In this document: piece by piece, positions 20,513 through 32,448 of the stretch
Layout of the letters: every line of letters begins with the position of its first letter
Position numbering within the stretch: the stretch's first letter is position 1
Origin: Rhynchopus sp. YZ270_cl-10
Lineage: Eukaryota
Direction of reading: 5' to 3'
Assembly (NCBI GenBank): GCA_964035575.1
Contig: OZ037846.1
Coordinates: forward strand, 1,488,001 to 1,552,000
Length of the DNA: 64,000 nucleotides
Translations under genes and position numbers: made by a program
The notes under the pieces: generated by a model
What the model was told of the DNA's origin: nothing
Database searches by the model: none
The model's input: the letters and a program-made list of their open reading frames with translations, nothing else

Positions 20513-23500
20513 CAGGGTCCTCAACCGTAGACAAAGTCTGGCCACAGATTTGTCTAAGTTAAAAAAAAAGGCTAAAAAAAAATTTTCGCGCTCCGCGCGA
20601 AAAGGTCCTGTACAAAGCTAAAAATTGGGGGCTTTTTTTTTTTGTGTTGCTTTTTCGAAACTCGTTAAGTGGTCTTTTCATTTCTATAGAAGAGTTCGAC
20701 AAATGAACAATCACACCCCACCCCACCCCTTCGCCCCACCCGTACCCCTAACCCCATTGTCCCCCCAACCTGATAAGCATCACACAGAAACTCTAACCTT
20801 CTTTCTTTTAAAGGCTTCAAAAATCCTTTGGATTTGGTCAGGCGTAAATTTATTCTCATTTGTCTCTGCCTGTTTGCACATAAGAATGCATAGCAGACTT
20901 GAATCCAGCAGTTTGTTTCTGTAGCTATTCTTGACGTACTTCATGCCGTTGAAGCAGCGCTCGTCTTCAACTGATGTGACGGGGATTGACAACCCAAGCA
21001 AAACAAGATCCCTCATAATGGGGTAGGCGTCTCCTGCGGAACTTGTCAAGAATGTTGCGATCAGGTCCGAAGTGTCCTTTGTTGTAGTTCTCTTCGACAA
21101 AACGTCCACCAGGATCCTCCATTCTTTCACAGCTACAGCTTTCTTTGTCTCCAGACTGTTCAGTTCTGGCGACTCCTCAACGAACGGCGTCGTGTCCACG
21201 CTCAGTAACGGCGTTGTTTGAGTGCGCGATATCACAGTATGCTCCGTCTTGGAGTACTCTGGTCTCCCACGCGTCTTCTCGCCCACAACATCGTACTTTT
21301 TGTACTCGAGTGTATGCAGCTCAGTAAATTCCTCGATGAGCTTCTTCACCTCGGTGTTGCCGTAGATCGCCAGCCCGTCCGCGTTAGCAGGGAGGTTGCG
21401 GATGTCGAATACTGAGAAGCATCTCACAATGTCCATGTTCACGAATCGTTCACTGAGGCACTTCAGCAGCTCCTTGAGGTATGGCTTGCAGACCGTGTCG
21501 TGATGAATCGCAAAGTTCCGACGGGAAAGTTTTGTACCGTGGCATTGATTATACCTCGGTACCCATTCTGGGTAGAACGGGAACATGTTCGGGTTGGTTT
21601 CAAGCAACGACAATGACGCAACACATTTGTCGATGTGGCTGCAAACGGTGAGCAGGTTTGTGTTCCTGCTCTGGAGCGACGTCGACAGCACGTTCAACTC
21701 GTCCAGGACCACCGTCATGAAGGACAACGTTGCAAAAAAACCGGGCTCTTTTTTTTTTGATGTGCTGCGCGATGAACGGTGCTTCCACGTCGCCGGCCTC
21801 TCCAAGCTTGCACAGGGCGCTGTGCACGGCGGGGTACTCCTTGCGGACGGTGCTGCAACACCTGCCGTTGGTGAGCCACCGGGTGTCACCCGGCTTTGCG
21901 ATGAGGATGTCACAGTACTCACACAAGTCGCGAAGTTCCTCCAGCATCTCCTCCAGGGTGTCGAGCTTAATCTTGGATCCCGAAAAAAAAACCCACACCC
22001 ACCGCAGGCCGTCGAAGAACCGGGTAATCTCCGGCGATTTCCCCTCTGCCGCTGCTTCTGGGCCACAGAGTGCGAGGGAGTGTGCGTAGCACCAGGTGAA
22101 GAGGGCGCCTGGGTTTATGTCTGCACGGATTTGTTGTTGGCAGCCCTTGTTCGAGGAACGCATTGCCGATGCGCCATCAAACGAGCATCCACTCATCTTC
22201 CCGTAGTCGAGCCCGAGCTGGTCTATCCACTTCGTCAGCAACGACGCGTAACCAGCCCCCGTCTGGTCCTTCAGCTCACCCATCATGATGAGCTTCTCGA
22301 CGGGGGTGGCACCGACCATGTATCGCACGACGAAGACGAGTTGCTCCTTCTTGCTGACGTCGCGTGAGCAATCCCCCGACAGGCCCCAGAAACGGGAGGC
22401 TTTGACCTGCTTGAGGAGGTCTTCTGTCAACACCTCCGTGATGCAGGACATGATCTCTAAGACTGCACCGCAGCTGAGATAGCGTATTTGTTGTCTGAGG
22501 TATGCCTCCATGTCGGTGCACTCCAGCTTGTCTGCGAAAAAACTCAGAAACTCTTCCAAGTTAGAGTGCCCTACACCTTTGCGCGCGAGGAAAACAATAA
22601 CCTCAATGCATATTTTCAGCATTTTTTGGTTGAACTCGACTTCTTTGTCGCTGTTGGCGTGCAACGTGTGAAGCACGGTTCCATTGGAAGCCTGCAGAGC
22701 GGCAGCCTTCACGAGACGTTGGTGTTTGGGGTCGCCTGCATGCGCAGGGAGGTCTCTGGCGAGCTTGGTCTTTGCATGAGAGAAAGCACCACAATACAAG
22801 CACTTGAACTTGTCTTCACCCACCACCAACCAGGGGGAAAAACGGTTCAAATGGCCCTGCACCGTGCTCTCCCGCAGACCCATACAACCTTTCTCCTGCG
22901 CTTCGCGTTTACGTTTCAGCGTGTTGGTGGAGTCGGTGTTCGCTGGTGCGGTCGTGGTGTTCGTGAGGTTGGGATTGTTCGTGTTGGAGTGCGTGGGACC
23001 TAAGAAGACAACATCGCCGTCAGAAGAGTACTCGTCGACATCATCGATTTCCATTGCTGCCTCGGGTTGCTCGGATGCTGCGTTGCGTCTCACTGGCACA
23101 CATTGCTCCTCCTCCTCTTCTTCGGACGTTGAATCCACGTACTTAACAGCACTCACCTGTGGAGCCATCATCACCACACGTTTCTTCACCTTCTTGCCTT
23201 GCGACACCTGGCTCTGCACAGACACGGCAGAGGCATCGCTGTCTCCCCCCTTCTCTGCTTCGTTCATGGCGAACTCATGCGCCTCCGCAACGATCGTCAG
23301 GATCGTCTTCCGCTTGCTCCCCTCCCTGTCGTCGTCCGCCAGTTTGGCGCGATCAAACTCCTTCAACCAGAGTTTGAGCACCTTGTTGGTGTCGTTCTGG
23401 TGGTTTTTAAACCCCCTCACCGTCCCCTCCGCCACAAGAAAAAGGTGAAGGGAAGCGAGCCGGGGTGTCGGACCATCGGGGATGGACTTGTACTTGCCTG

Positions 23501-23889
23501 AAGACCACAGGTCGTAGTGCGTATCCCCTTTGTTGGGTTCCACCACACGTACCACAGGTGCCGCAACAGCTCCCTTCTTGAACATGGACACGATGGTGGG
23601 CTGTGCTTTGGAGGTCTTGGCAGTGGCAGGCATTTTTGCGGATGAGTTTGTTCAATTGTAGTTAGTCTGAGGAGGTGGCTTGTGTGGGTGGGTACAATGG
23701 GGTCCGCGCAGGTGAGGACTGAGGGAGTCTTGAGGGAACTCATTTTTTTTTTTGTTTTCAGTAAAGCTTCTTCTCTTTCAAACCACCCAAAAACCCAAAA
23801 CCCAGGTTTTGTCTAACTTAGACAAAGCGTTTTTCAAAAAAAAAAAATTGTCTAAGTTAAGGCCTAACTTAGACAGGTTGAGGACCCTG
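20513..23889 (-). mobile_element. Full-length hAT DNA transposon
   Basis: Perfect 14-bp TIR cagggtcctcaacc / ggttgaggaccctg. 8-bp TSD agaaaaag at 20505-20512 and 23890-23897. Empty paralogous site at ~17855-17862. Subterminal tgtctaagtta/taacttagaca motifs. Confidence 0.95.
20780..23633 (-). pseudogene. hAT transposase (DUF4371/ZMYM-like plus hAT dimerisation domain), frameshifted at A10 run 21749-21758
   Basis: Motifs FWGLSGDCSRD, CSFDGASAM, WCYAHSLAL, DTRWLT in ORF 21600-23633 and PVTSVEDERCFNGMKYVKNSYRNKL in ORF 20780-22066. Removing one A joins them into ~950 aa. Confidence 0.88.
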
Positions 23890-24589
23890 AGAAAAAGGAG
23901 GAGAAAAAAAAGGACGTAGCGTACCGTGCGCCTGCGGCGCTGAATTATTTTACACTAGTGCACAATCAACTGGCGTCCCAATGTTTTGTGCGACTCTTCA
24001 AATTTTCTGCACCCAACAAACACCATCTCATCACCGTCTCAGCTTCCTTCACAAGCAAAAGAAAATAGGGCAAAAGTAGCGTACCATGCGCCTGCGGCGC
24101 TCTTACTGTCTTCATTAAAACAAAAGCATATTGGCAAAACTGTGAATAGTGCAATTTTATTTCGCCTGCGGCGCCCACCTCCTTCCCCTCTCCTCGTGGG
24201 TGCAGGGAGTCGCGACGGCTCCGCCAAAGCGGGGGGACCAAATTTTGAGACCAAAAACCAAGCGGAAGCCCTGCTTACTAAGTTAGACAGAAAAAATGGT
24301 CCCAAAAACAATAGTGCATCAGAACAAATGAAAATGCCTCCCTCCCTCCCCCTCTCTCTTTTCTCCTATCCAATGAATTCTGTTCCTCAACTTATTTCAC
24401 TCTTCCCCACAAAGGAGTACGTAGGCCCTTCAACGTGTGTGTGTCTGAAGAAGTGTCAGGGATACGTACACGCAGCGCACCAGGTGTCCTAAACGAACCG
24501 GAACAAACTCAGTTTTGTTAAAGGGTCGTTTGTTAGCCCTCAATTTGGAGAGAACAACACACCACCCACCAGCATACTAAATAAAAACC

Positions 24590-26261
24590 ATGTCGAAGCG
24601 ACACGTGGATGTGGACACTACATTGCACGAGAACCCACCAAAGAGAAGAAAGCTTTCTGCAGACGAGGTCTTGGTGGAGGCTGCCAAGAAGGGGGACACG
24701 ACTGCTGTGCGGACGGGACTTGAGAAGCTCAGAACAGACACAGACAACAAAACAGTGGTCTTGGATGCTGTGCACGAGGCATGCAGAGGGAACCACGATG
24801 AATGCCTCGCACTGCTTCTTCCGTATGTTGAGACAACGCAGATGGGGTTCGGGAACTTGCTGAGTGAGTGCGTCCACACAGACCACGTTGCGTGCACGGA
24901 GGTCCTCTTGCAGCATTGGAAGTCAGTCTGCAGCAACGTGGCGATGGTCCCACACGGGCAAGAGGATTTAGAAGGGCGTGCCTGTCCAGCCATGTGGGCG
25001 GACCCTGCAGTGTGTCAGGTGCTCATTGATGCAGGGGCAGACATCGAAACAAAGGACTACATGGGACGTTCGCCTCTGCACTGGGCTTGCCGTTCAGGAG
25101 CACTTGACGTTGTGAAGCTGTTGGTGAAAGCAGGTGCGGGGGTGCGTGTCACAGACAACAAAGGTTACACATGTCTTATTCGTGCATCAGAGCATGGACG
25201 CACTGAGACTGTGCGCTATCTTGTGAACCTGCCACAGGTGGACCTGAGGCACAAGGATAATGAGAGCTACACTGCGTTGCACTGCGCAGCAGGTGCACAA
25301 CATGCGGATGTGGTGAAGGTGCTAATTGATGCAGGGGCAGATATCGAAATAAAGAATGAACTTGGACGTCCGCCTCTTATCGTGGCTTGTCATTCTGGAG
25401 CACTTGACGTTGTGAAGCTGTTGGTGAAAGCAGGTGCGGGGGTGCGTGTCACAGACAACGAAGGTTACACATGTCTTATCCTTGCTGCCTATTGTGGACA
25501 CACCGAGACTGTGCGCTATCTTGGGCTTGCCACAGGTGGACGTGAATCACAAGGGTAATGACGGCTGGTCTGCGATTTTCTCTGCAGTGCGTCAAAAGCA
25601 TGCAGCTGTGGTGGAAGTACTCATTGATGCAGGGGCAGGTTTCGCAATATTCGGAATAATGGTTGATACGGGGCGTTCACCTCTTCACGAGGCTTGCCGT
25701 TCAGGAGCACTTTCAGTTGTGAAGCTGTTGGTGAAAGCAGGTGCGGGTGTGCGTGTCACAGACAACGACGGACGCACGTGTCTTATGTGTGCATCAGAGC
25801 ATGGACGCACCGAGACTGTGCGCTATCTTCTCTGCCTGCCACAGGTGGACGCGAATAACTCAGGTAACAGGGGTTACACTTCAGTGCACCGCGCAGTGTT
25901 ACGGAAGCACTCAGATGTGGTGAAGGTGCTCATTGACGCTGGGGCAGACGTCGATGCAAAGGACAGCAAGGGACGTACGCCTCTGCACTGTGCTTGTACG
26001 GTGGAATATCCTGAAAATGTGCAGATGTTGGTCGAAGCAGGTGCGGACGTGTGTGCGGTGGATGACAAGAGTGACAGATGCCTCAGCGTTGCGGCTCGTC
26101 ATGGACACACCGAGACTGTGCGCTATCTTGTGGGCTTGCCAGAGGTGGACGTGAACCACAGAAATTTGTTGGGCCACACTGCATTGGACTGTGCGAGGGT
26201 GAAACAGCATGCAGATGTGGTGCAGGTTCTCCTCGAGCACCGTGGGGAAGTCTTTGCATAA
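24590..26261 (+). pseudogene. Ankyrin-repeat gene copy 3, 2-bp deletion frameshift
   Basis: ctatcttgggcttg instead of ctatcttgtgggcttg at ~25522. The ANK frame continues in the 25434-26261 ORF. Confidence 0.85.
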
Positions 26262-26550
26262 TAAGGTATATTGTGCGTGTCTGTTTTCGGCAACTGAACT
26301 AAACACTCCCACTGAGGTTACACCTTGTGGGATCGGCATTGCGAGAAGTCATTCGACAGACTTTGAGAATTGCCTGAACATGCCTACCATTTCATCTCCG
26401 GTCTTTCTTTTTTTCACCTGAGTCGGAGAGAGGTGAACAGAGGATCTAGTCGACAGTACGGAGTCCGAGAGAAACAGGCAAGGCGACGGCTGCGTGTGGA
26501 AATCAGACAAAGGGTGGTGACTGCACTTTTCATGTCTTTTCAATCATTCC

Positions 26551-27246
26551 CAGGGCTTTCCGCAGGGGGGAGAATGAAAAGATATGGGGACCAGCCTGCG
26601 CTTGAGCATTCTGAGGCTTCCTATTTGGACTTTTCCAGATTTTTTGCATTTTTTCGTACCGTCCTGTCCCCGTACGTTCAAATACAGGCATAAAGTACGG
26701 TTCCAGCTTCCCCTGCTCCTCTCACAAATAAGCCAACAACGGGAGGCAACCGCGAACCCTGTGTTCGCGTCAGTTGCAGGCAAACGTCCACCATCAGAGA
26801 CATCTGAGGTTGTGTACAAGAAGAAGGAGAAGTCGTGTCAATCTCATTCAATTATGAGGGTTGGAAGACGGAGGAGATCTAAAATGTTGCGTACTGTGGC
26901 TTCGCCTGGAACCTTTGGGTGCCAGGACCGGCGCTTCTTTTATAGATGTACTGTGGTTACTGATAAGAAGTCTGACACTCCCTGCGGCTTGTGGTTCACC
27001 CTCCCACCCTCGCGCCTTCCACGATTTTGTGCATCAGAGGGGGGAAAGCGCGTCACCTCTCGGCACTGGCAGGGAGTCGCGTGCACGAAGCGACCGCTTT
27101 TATGGGGAAAGCTCGGGGCCCAAATCACCCCGTAGGGGTCATTGACGAGAGCCCTGACAACAAGGCGCGTACTTATTTTTTTCCACCTTTTTTTTTTGGC
27201 TGGCCCCCCTGGAAGGCCAAAACCCCAAATCCTGCGGAAAGCCCTG
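26551..27246. mobile_element. hAT-type non-autonomous element (696 bp)
   Basis: Perfect 16-bp TIR cagggctttccgcagg / cctgcggaaagccctg. Degenerate TSD (cattcc / cattaccc). Empty sites at ~15411 and ~57208. Confidence 0.85.
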
Positions 27247-27685
27247 CATTACCCTAAAAAAGAAAACAAACGAAAAAAGAAGCCAAACCCTTTCAAGAAG
27301 TGGCATTTTTTGCGCATGACAAGAATGAAGCTCGACGTTGGTGGGTTATTCATCAATACAACAAGATGGCTTCGGGTAACAGTTCAGTGCCGTGCCTAAG
27401 TTAGACAGAAAAAAAATGGCCCCAAAAAACAATATCTCTCTCTCTCTCTCTCTCTCTTTTCTCCTATCCAATGAATTCTGTTCCAACTTATTTCACTCTT
27501 CCCCGCAAAGGAGTACGTAGGCCCTTCAACGTGTGTGTGTCTGACGAAGTGTCAGGGATACGTACACGCAGCGCACCAGGTGCTCCCAAACGAACCGGAA
27601 CAACTCAGTTTTGTTAAAGGGTCGTTTGTTAGCCCTCAATTTGGAGAGAAAAACACACCACCCACCAGCATACTAAATAAAAACC

Positions 27686-29965
27686 ATGTCGAAGCGACAC
27701 GTGGATGTGGACACTACATTGGACGAGAACCCAACGAGAAGAAAGCTTTCTGCAGACGAGGTCTTGGTGGAGGCTGCCAAGAAGGGGGACACGACTGCTG
27801 TGCGGGCGGGACTTGAGAAGCTCAGAACAGACACAGACAACAAAACAGTGGTCTTGGATGCTGTGCACGAGGCATGCAGAGGGAACCACGATGAATGCCT
27901 CGCACTGCTTCTTCCGTATGTTGAGACAACGCAGATGGGGTTCGGGAACTTGCTGAGTGAGTGTGTCGACGCAGACCACGTTGCGTGCACGGAGGTCCTC
28001 TTGCAGCATTGGAAGTCAGTCTGCAGCAACATGGCGATGGTCCCACACGGGCAAGAGGATACAGAAAGGCGTGCCTGTCCAGCCATGTGGGCAGACCCTG
28101 CAGTGTGTCAGGTGCTCATTGATGCAGGGGCAGACATCGAAACAAAGAATGACATGGGACGTTCGCCTCTGCACTGGGCTTGCCGTTCAGGAGCACTTGC
28201 GGTTGTGAAGTTGTTGGTGAAAGCAGGTGCGGGGGTGCGTGTCACAGACAACTTCGGATACACGTGTCTTATGTGTGCATCATCTCAGGGACACACCGAG
28301 ACTGTGCGCTATCTTGTGGGTTTGAAGGATGTGGACGTGAATCACAAATGCGAGAACCGCTCTGCGATTTTCTCTGCAGTATGTGAAAATCACTCAGATG
28401 TGGTGAAGGTTCTCATTGATGCAGGGGCAGACATCGAGGGAGAGGACGACGATGGACGTTCGCCACTGCTCGTGGCAAGTTGTGTCGCGAATGTCGAGAT
28501 TGTGAAAATGTTGGTGAGAGCAGGTGCGGGGGTGTGTGTCGCAGACAACGACGGGAACACATGTCTTGTATTTGCGGCCTATTCTGGACACACCGATACT
28601 GTGCGCTATCTTGTGGGCTTGCCAGAGGTGGACCTGAGTCACAAGGATAATGACGGCTGCACTGCGTTGCACTGCGCAGCTGATCAAAATCACTCAGATG
28701 TGGTGGAGGTGCTCATTGATGCAGGGGCTGATATCGAAGCAATGGATGACACGGGACGTTCGCCTCTGCACTGTGCTTGCCGTTCAGGAGCACTTGACGT
28801 TGTGAAGTTGTTGGTGAAAGCAGATGCAGGAGTGTGTGTCACAGACAACGACGGAAACACGTGTCTTATCCTTGCGGCCTATTCTGGGTACACCGAGACT
28901 GTGCGCTATCTTGTGGGCTTGCCGGGGGTGGACGTGAGTCACAAGGATAATGACAGCCATACTGCGTTGCACTGCGCAGCTGATCAAAATGATGTAGATG
29001 TGGTGGAGGTGCTCATTGAGGCAGTCGCTGATATCGAAACCAAGGACGACACGGGATGTCCGCCTCTGCACTGGGCTTGCCATTCAGGGGCACTTGATGT
29101 TGTGAAGCTGTTGGTGAAAGCAGGTGCGGGGGTGCGTGTCACAGACAACAAAGGACGCACGTGTCTTATGTGTGCATCAGAGCGTGGACGCACCGATACT
29201 GTGCGCTATCTTGTGGGCTTGCCACAGGTGGACGTGAGTCACAAAGATAATGACGGCTGCACTGCGTTGCACTGCGCAGCTGATCAAAAGCATGCAGATG
29301 TGGTGAAGGTGCTCATTGATGCAGGGGCTGATATCGACATGCAGGATAACATGGGACGTTCGCCTCTGCACTGGACTTGCCGTTTAGGAGCACTCGACGT
29401 TATGAAGCTGTTGGTGAAAGCAGGTGCGGGGGTGGGTGTGACGGACAACGACGGAAACACATGTCTTCTGCGTGCAACATTTCAGGGGCGCACTAATGAC
29501 GATACCGAGACTGTGCGCTATCTTCTCTGCCTGCCACAGGTGAACGTGAATGACTCAAATAACAGGGGCTTCACTTCACTGTACCGCGCAGTGTTGCGGA
29601 ATCACTCAGATGTGGTGAAGGTGCTCATTGACGCTGGGGCAGACGTCGAGGCAATGAACGATGGACGTACGCCTCTGCACTGTGCTTGTATGGTGGGAAA
29701 TCTTAAAAATGTGCAGATGTTGGTCGAAGCAGGTGCGGACGTGTGTGAGGTGGATGGAAAGGGTGACAGATGCCTCAGCGTTGCGGCTCGTCATGGACAC
29801 ACCGAGACTGTGCGCTATCTTGTGGGCTTGCCAGAGGTGGACGTGAACCACAGAAATTTGTTGGGCCACACTGCATTGGACCGTGCGAGGGTGGAACAGC
29901 ATTCAGGTGTGGTGCAGGTTCTCCTCGAGCACCGTGGGGAAGTCTTTGCGCAATCACTCACGTGA
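27686..29965 (+). CDS. Ankyrin-repeat protein, copy 4 (6 modules)
   Basis: 759-aa ORF of ANK repeats. Confidence 0.9.
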   Translation: MSKRHVDVDTTLDENPTRRKLSADEVLVEAAKKGDTTAVRAGLEKLRTDTDNKTVVLDAVHEACRGNHDECLALLLPYVETTQMGFGNLLSECVDADHVACTEVLLQHWKSVCSNMAMVPHGQEDTERRACPAMWADPAVCQVLIDAGADIETKNDMGRSPLHWACRSGALAVVKLLVKAGAGVRVTDNFGYTCLMCASSQGHTETVRYLVGLKDVDVNHKCENRSAIFSAVCENHSDVVKVLIDAGADIEGEDDDGRSPLLVASCVANVEIVKMLVRAGAGVCVADNDGNTCLVFAAYSGHTDTVRYLVGLPEVDLSHKDNDGCTALHCAADQNHSDVVEVLIDAGADIEAMDDTGRSPLHCACRSGALDVVKLLVKADAGVCVTDNDGNTCLILAAYSGYTETVRYLVGLPGVDVSHKDNDSHTALHCAADQNDVDVVEVLIEAVADIETKDDTGCPPLHWACHSGALDVVKLLVKAGAGVRVTDNKGRTCLMCASERGRTDTVRYLVGLPQVDVSHKDNDGCTALHCAADQKHADVVKVLIDAGADIDMQDNMGRSPLHWTCRLGALDVMKLLVKAGAGVGVTDNDGNTCLLRATFQGRTNDDTETVRYLLCLPQVNVNDSNNRGFTSLYRAVLRNHSDVVKVLIDAGADVEAMNDGRTPLHCACMVGNLKNVQMLVEAGADVCEVDGKGDRCLSVAARHGHTETVRYLVGLPEVDVNHRNLLGHTALDRARVEQHSGVVQVLLEHRGEVFAQSLT

Positions 29966-30492
29966 CGACATCGATTCCCTCATTAAAAACGACCTTTTTA
30001 GGGCGCTCGGGATCCTTCACGGAAGCATTGATGGCACTAAAGCCATACCCGTTCTTCGCAGATTCCGCATCTGATCCGTTTGTGGAGTGGGAGGGTTTGC
30101 GGGCTGGCCAAGTTGCCTTCCCTCGTCGCATGAGCACACCACCACCCAGCCACCAAACCCAAAAAAACCCCCCCAAAGTGCTATTTTCTGCTATTTTGGG
30201 GTCGTCAGCCACACCAATAATGCATCAGAACAAATGAAAAATGCCTCTCTCTCTCTCTCTCTCTTTTCTCCTATCCAATGAATTCTGTTCCTCAACTTAT
30301 TTCACTCTTCCCCACAAAGGAGTACGTAGGCCTACAACGTGTGTGTGTCTGAAGAAGTGTCAGGGATACGTACACGCAGCGCACCAGGTGTACCGAACGA
30401 ACCGGAACAACTCAGTTTTGTTAAAGGGTCGTTTGTTAGCCCTCAATTTGGAGAGAAAAACACACCACCCACCAGCATACTAAATAAAAACC

Positions 30493-32448
30493 ATGTCGAA
30501 GCGACACGTGGATGTGGACACTACATTGGACGAGAACCCACCAAAGAGAAGAAAGCTTTCTGCAGACGAGGTCTTGGTGGAGGCTGCCAAGAAGGGGGAC
30601 ACGACTGCTGTGCGGGCGGGACTTGAGAAGCTCAGCCCAGACACAGACAACAAAACAGTGTTCTTGGATACTGTGCACGAGGCATGCAGAGGGAACCACG
30701 ATGAATGCCTCGCACTGCTTCTTCCGTATGTTGAGACAACGCAGATGGGGTTCGGGAACTTGCTGAGTGAGTGTGTCGACGCAGACCACGTTGCGTGCAC
30801 GGAGGTCCTCTTGCAGCATTGGAAGTCAGTCTGCAGCAACATGGCGATGGTCCCACACGGGCAAGAGGATACAGAAAGGCGTGCCTGTCCAGCCATGTGG
30901 GCAGACCCTGCAGTGTGTCAGGTGCTCATTGATGCAGGGGCAGACATCGAAACAAAGGACGACATGGGACGTTCGCCTCTGCACTGGGCTTGCCGTTCAG
31001 GAGCACTTGCAGTTGTGAAGCTGTTGGTGAAAGCAGGTGCGTGGGTGCGTGTCACAGACAACTTCGGAAACACGTGTCTTATGTGTGCATCATCTCAGGG
31101 ACACACCGAGACTGTGCGCTATCTTGTGGGTTTGGAGGATGTGGACCTGAATAACAAAGGCTACTACAGCTGCTCTGCGTTGGTCTCTGCAGTATGTGAA
31201 AATCATGCAGATGTGGTGAAGGTGCTCATTGATGCAGGGGCAGACATCGAGGGAGAGGACGACGATGGACGTTCGCCACTGCTCATAGCAAGTTGTGTTG
31301 CGAATGTCGAGATTGTGAAAATGTTGGTGAAAGCAGGTGCGGGGGTGCGTGTCGCAGACAACGAAGAAAACACATGTCTTATCCTTGCGGCCCATTGTGG
31401 ACACACCGAGACTGTGCGCCATCTTGTGGGCTTGCCAGAGGTGGACCTGGGTCACAAGGATAGGGACGGCTTCACTGCGTTGCACTGCGCAGCTGATGAA
31501 AAGCACTCCGATGTGGTGGTGGTGCTCATTGATGCAGGGGCTGATATCGAAGCAAAGGACTGCACGGGACGTTCGCCTCTTCACGTGGCTTGCCGTTCAG
31601 GAACACTTGACGTGGTGAAGTTGTTGGTGAAAGCAGGTGCGGGGGTGCGTGTCACAGACAACGAAGAAAACACATGTCTTATCATTGCGGCCCATTCTGG
31701 ACACACCGAGACTGTGCGCTATCTTGTGGGCTTGCCACAGGTGGACGTGAGTCACAAAGATAATGACGGCTGCACTGCGTTGCACTGCGCAGCTGATCAA
31801 AATGATGCAGATGCGATGGAGGTGCTCATTGATGCAGGCGCTGATATCGAAGCAATGGACGACACGGGATGTCCTCTTCTGTACTGGGCTTGCCATTCAG
31901 GAGTACTTTCAGTTGTGAAGCTGTTGGTGAAAGCAGGTGCGGGGGTGCGTGTCACAGACAACGAAGGAATCACGTGTCTTATGTGTGCATCAGAGCATGG
32001 ACGCACAGAGACTGTGCGCTATCTTCTGGGACTGCCAGAGGTGGACGTGAATGACTCAAATAACAGTGGCCCCACTTCACTGCACCGCGCAGTGTTGCGG
32101 AAGCACTCAGATGTGGTGAAGGTGCTCATTGACGCTGGGGCAGACGTCGAAGCAATGAACGATGGACGTACGCCTCTGCACTGTGCTTGTGTAGCGGGTA
32201 ATCCTGAAATTGTGCAGATGTTGGTCGAAGCAGGTGCGGACGTGTGTGCGGTGGATAACAAGAGTGACAGATGCCTCAGCATTGCGGCTCGTTATGGACA
32301 CACCGAGACTGTGCGTTATCTTGTGGGCTTGCCAGAGGTGGACGTGAACCACAGAAATTTGTTGGGCCACACTGCATTGGACTGTGCGAGGAAGAAACAA
32401 CATGCAGATGTGGTGCAGGTTCTCCTCGAGCAGCACTCCCACACGTGA
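30493..32448 (+). CDS. Ankyrin-repeat protein, copy 5 (5 modules)
   Basis: 651-aa ORF of ANK repeats. Confidence 0.9.
   Translation: MSKRHVDVDTTLDENPPKRRKLSADEVLVEAAKKGDTTAVRAGLEKLSPDTDNKTVFLDTVHEACRGNHDECLALLLPYVETTQMGFGNLLSECVDADHVACTEVLLQHWKSVCSNMAMVPHGQEDTERRACPAMWADPAVCQVLIDAGADIETKDDMGRSPLHWACRSGALAVVKLLVKAGAWVRVTDNFGNTCLMCASSQGHTETVRYLVGLEDVDLNNKGYYSCSALVSAVCENHADVVKVLIDAGADIEGEDDDGRSPLLIASCVANVEIVKMLVKAGAGVRVADNEENTCLILAAHCGHTETVRHLVGLPEVDLGHKDRDGFTALHCAADEKHSDVVVVLIDAGADIEAKDCTGRSPLHVACRSGTLDVVKLLVKAGAGVRVTDNEENTCLIIAAHSGHTETVRYLVGLPQVDVSHKDNDGCTALHCAADQNDADAMEVLIDAGADIEAMDDTGCPLLYWACHSGVLSVVKLLVKAGAGVRVTDNEGITCLMCASEHGRTETVRYLLGLPEVDVNDSNNSGPTSLHRAVLRKHSDVVKVLIDAGADVEAMNDGRTPLHCACVAGNPEIVQMLVEAGADVCAVDNKSDRCLSIAARYGHTETVRYLVGLPEVDVNHRNLLGHTALDCARKKQHADVVQVLLEQHSHT

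Noticed and set aside
25521..25524. Frameshift as sequencing error or programmed shift
   Set aside because: Present in all three amplified copies, not in a long homopolymer, and no slippery motif; best read as a real 2-bp deletion.
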